A DNA stretch of 64,000 nucleotides, taken from positions 7,528-71,527 of IMG/VR virus record IMGVR_UViG_2767802019_000001, one strand, 5' to 3'. Of the stretch, positions 62,879-64,000 are shown piece by piece; position 1 is the stretch's first letter, and each line of letters begins with the position of its first letter. The notes beneath the pieces are model-generated. The model did no database searches, was not told where the DNA came from, and saw nothing but the letters and a program-made list of their open reading frames with translations. The DNA is from a virus (Duplodnaviria; Caudoviricetes). The position numbers and the translations under genes are program-made.

Positions 62879-63560
62879 GGCGCAAGATCCGGTGCCGCAC
62901 CTGGTCTTCGGCGTCGGTGGAGGGGCCGGGTGTCACGAGGATCTGGAAACCGCACCAGACCTTTCTGAGGTCGTGGTACCTCTGCACCGGGGTGGCCGAA
63001 GCCCAGCCTGTAGCGATCTCGCTAGCCGTCCGGTCATCGAAGTCCGGGACCGGCATGGTGGCCAGATGCGCGAGGGCCTCGCGGGCGGAGGCGATGGCGG
63101 CGTCCAGTTCGGCCACCGCTTCGGCGTGCTGGCCGATGGTGATCAGGCCGCCGTTGAGCCGCCGGTCCCAGTAGGACCGGACCTCTTCCCGCCGGGCGAT
63201 TTCCTCCTCGTACGGCTCCCGCTGGGCGTGGTGCTCCGCCTGGATCTTCCTGACCATGGCGAGCTGCTGAGGGTCGGTCAGCCGCTGAAGCGTCATGTCG
63301 CCGATGGCTTTGTCCAGCACCCGCTGGTCTGCGACCGTCATGCCGCAGCCCGGAGGTTTCAGGGACCGGTAGTGACGGCGAGGTTCGCCGTCCCCGTATG
63401 TCGCGCCCCGCTGATGGACGGTGGCGGACAGGTGTCCGCCGCAGCGGGCGCACCGGACGGGTGAGTCCTTGCCGCTGCACAAGTGCGGATCCTGGGACGG
63501 TCGCCCTCTTCGGCGTGGGGGTGGCACAGATCCTCCCATGCGTGACGGGTCAAGGATCAA
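62847..63560 (-). pseudogene. C-terminal Zn-ribbon/coiled-coil portion of a large serine recombinase, no catalytic domain
   Basis: HLCSG..VRCARCGG..Y....C..coiled coil..W..ATPVQR..I.VTP; in-frame TGA at 63576-63578 upstream, no resolvase domain in adjacent frames. Confidence 0.65.
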
Positions 63561-63850
63561 GACCTGGTCAGCGGTTCAGGCGCCTGGCGGCGGCGCGCAG
63601 TTGACCATAGCCCCACCAGCTCTTCACTGCACCACCATCCGGTACATGTACGTCGGATCTTGGACAGTAGTTGAGCGGTGACACACCGTGAAGCAATGGC
63701 TAGGCGTAAGGGTAGCCACAACTCCCGTACCGCGCTGCGACTTGGCGGAGAATTCTCCATAACTTTGAAGCGCTTTCTGCCCTCTGGTCGCGTCGCCGGC
63801 CCAGAGCCCCGTCCGTCTTGCCGTAGCGATCACAAAGGCCAGGAGGACCG

Positions 63851-64000
63851 ATGTCCAAGCCGACCCCCGAGGAAGCAGGCGAGTGGCTGCGGCGGCATTT
63901 CGCCGATGAGCACGAGCCAGAGATCACCCTGACCTGGGTCCCCGGTGAATCCAACCCGGCCGTCTACCTGGAGGTGATGGAAATACTGTTCGGCCCCTGA
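63851..64000 (+). CDS. Small protein MSKPTPEEAGEWLRRHF...VYLEVMEILFGP (49 aa)
   Basis: AGGAGG RBS at 63841, stop at 63998-64000; below ORF-track cutoff. Confidence 0.6.
   Translation: MSKPTPEEAGEWLRRHFADEHEPEITLTWVPGESNPAVYLEVMEILFGP

Noticed and set aside
62847-63960. Complete prophage integrase split by a frameshift
   Set aside because: The minus-strand sequence upstream of 63560 shows no resolvase catalytic motif in the frames examined

Overview
High-GC (~70%, Streptomyces-like) window almost entirely occupied by one temperate siphovirus-type prophage on the + strand. Gene order: early recombination/replication genes (Endo VII, Cas4-like exonuclease, SSB-like, prim-pol, RepA-like helicase with an iteron-like origin); about 15 kb of small accessory ORFs; a structured late leader; Rpf-NlpC/P60-LysM; HNH and a putative cos region; a six-gene appendage module; terminase, portal, protease, HK97 capsid, tail, tape measure, baseplate and fibre; lysis; then a right-end cassette (lipoprotein, XRE/DUF5753 + DUF6879) and a catalytically truncated large serine recombinase. 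No intact integrase, classical repressor or att site is visible; these probably lie left of base 1. Top findings: (1) a complete-looking Streptomyces plasmid-type conjugation module (DUF2637/Spd-like, TraB FtsK translocase, Spd-like membrane protein) in the early region, with a clustered 8-bp repeat (SCGTTGCR) resembling TraB recognition sequences, suggesting a phage that can also spread by hyphal conjugation; (2) a set of host-development homologues (BldC, SsgA, TerD, Lsr2, secreted Rpf) plus a TTA-containing XRE regulator. All family assignments are from motif recognition by eye; no database searches were run.
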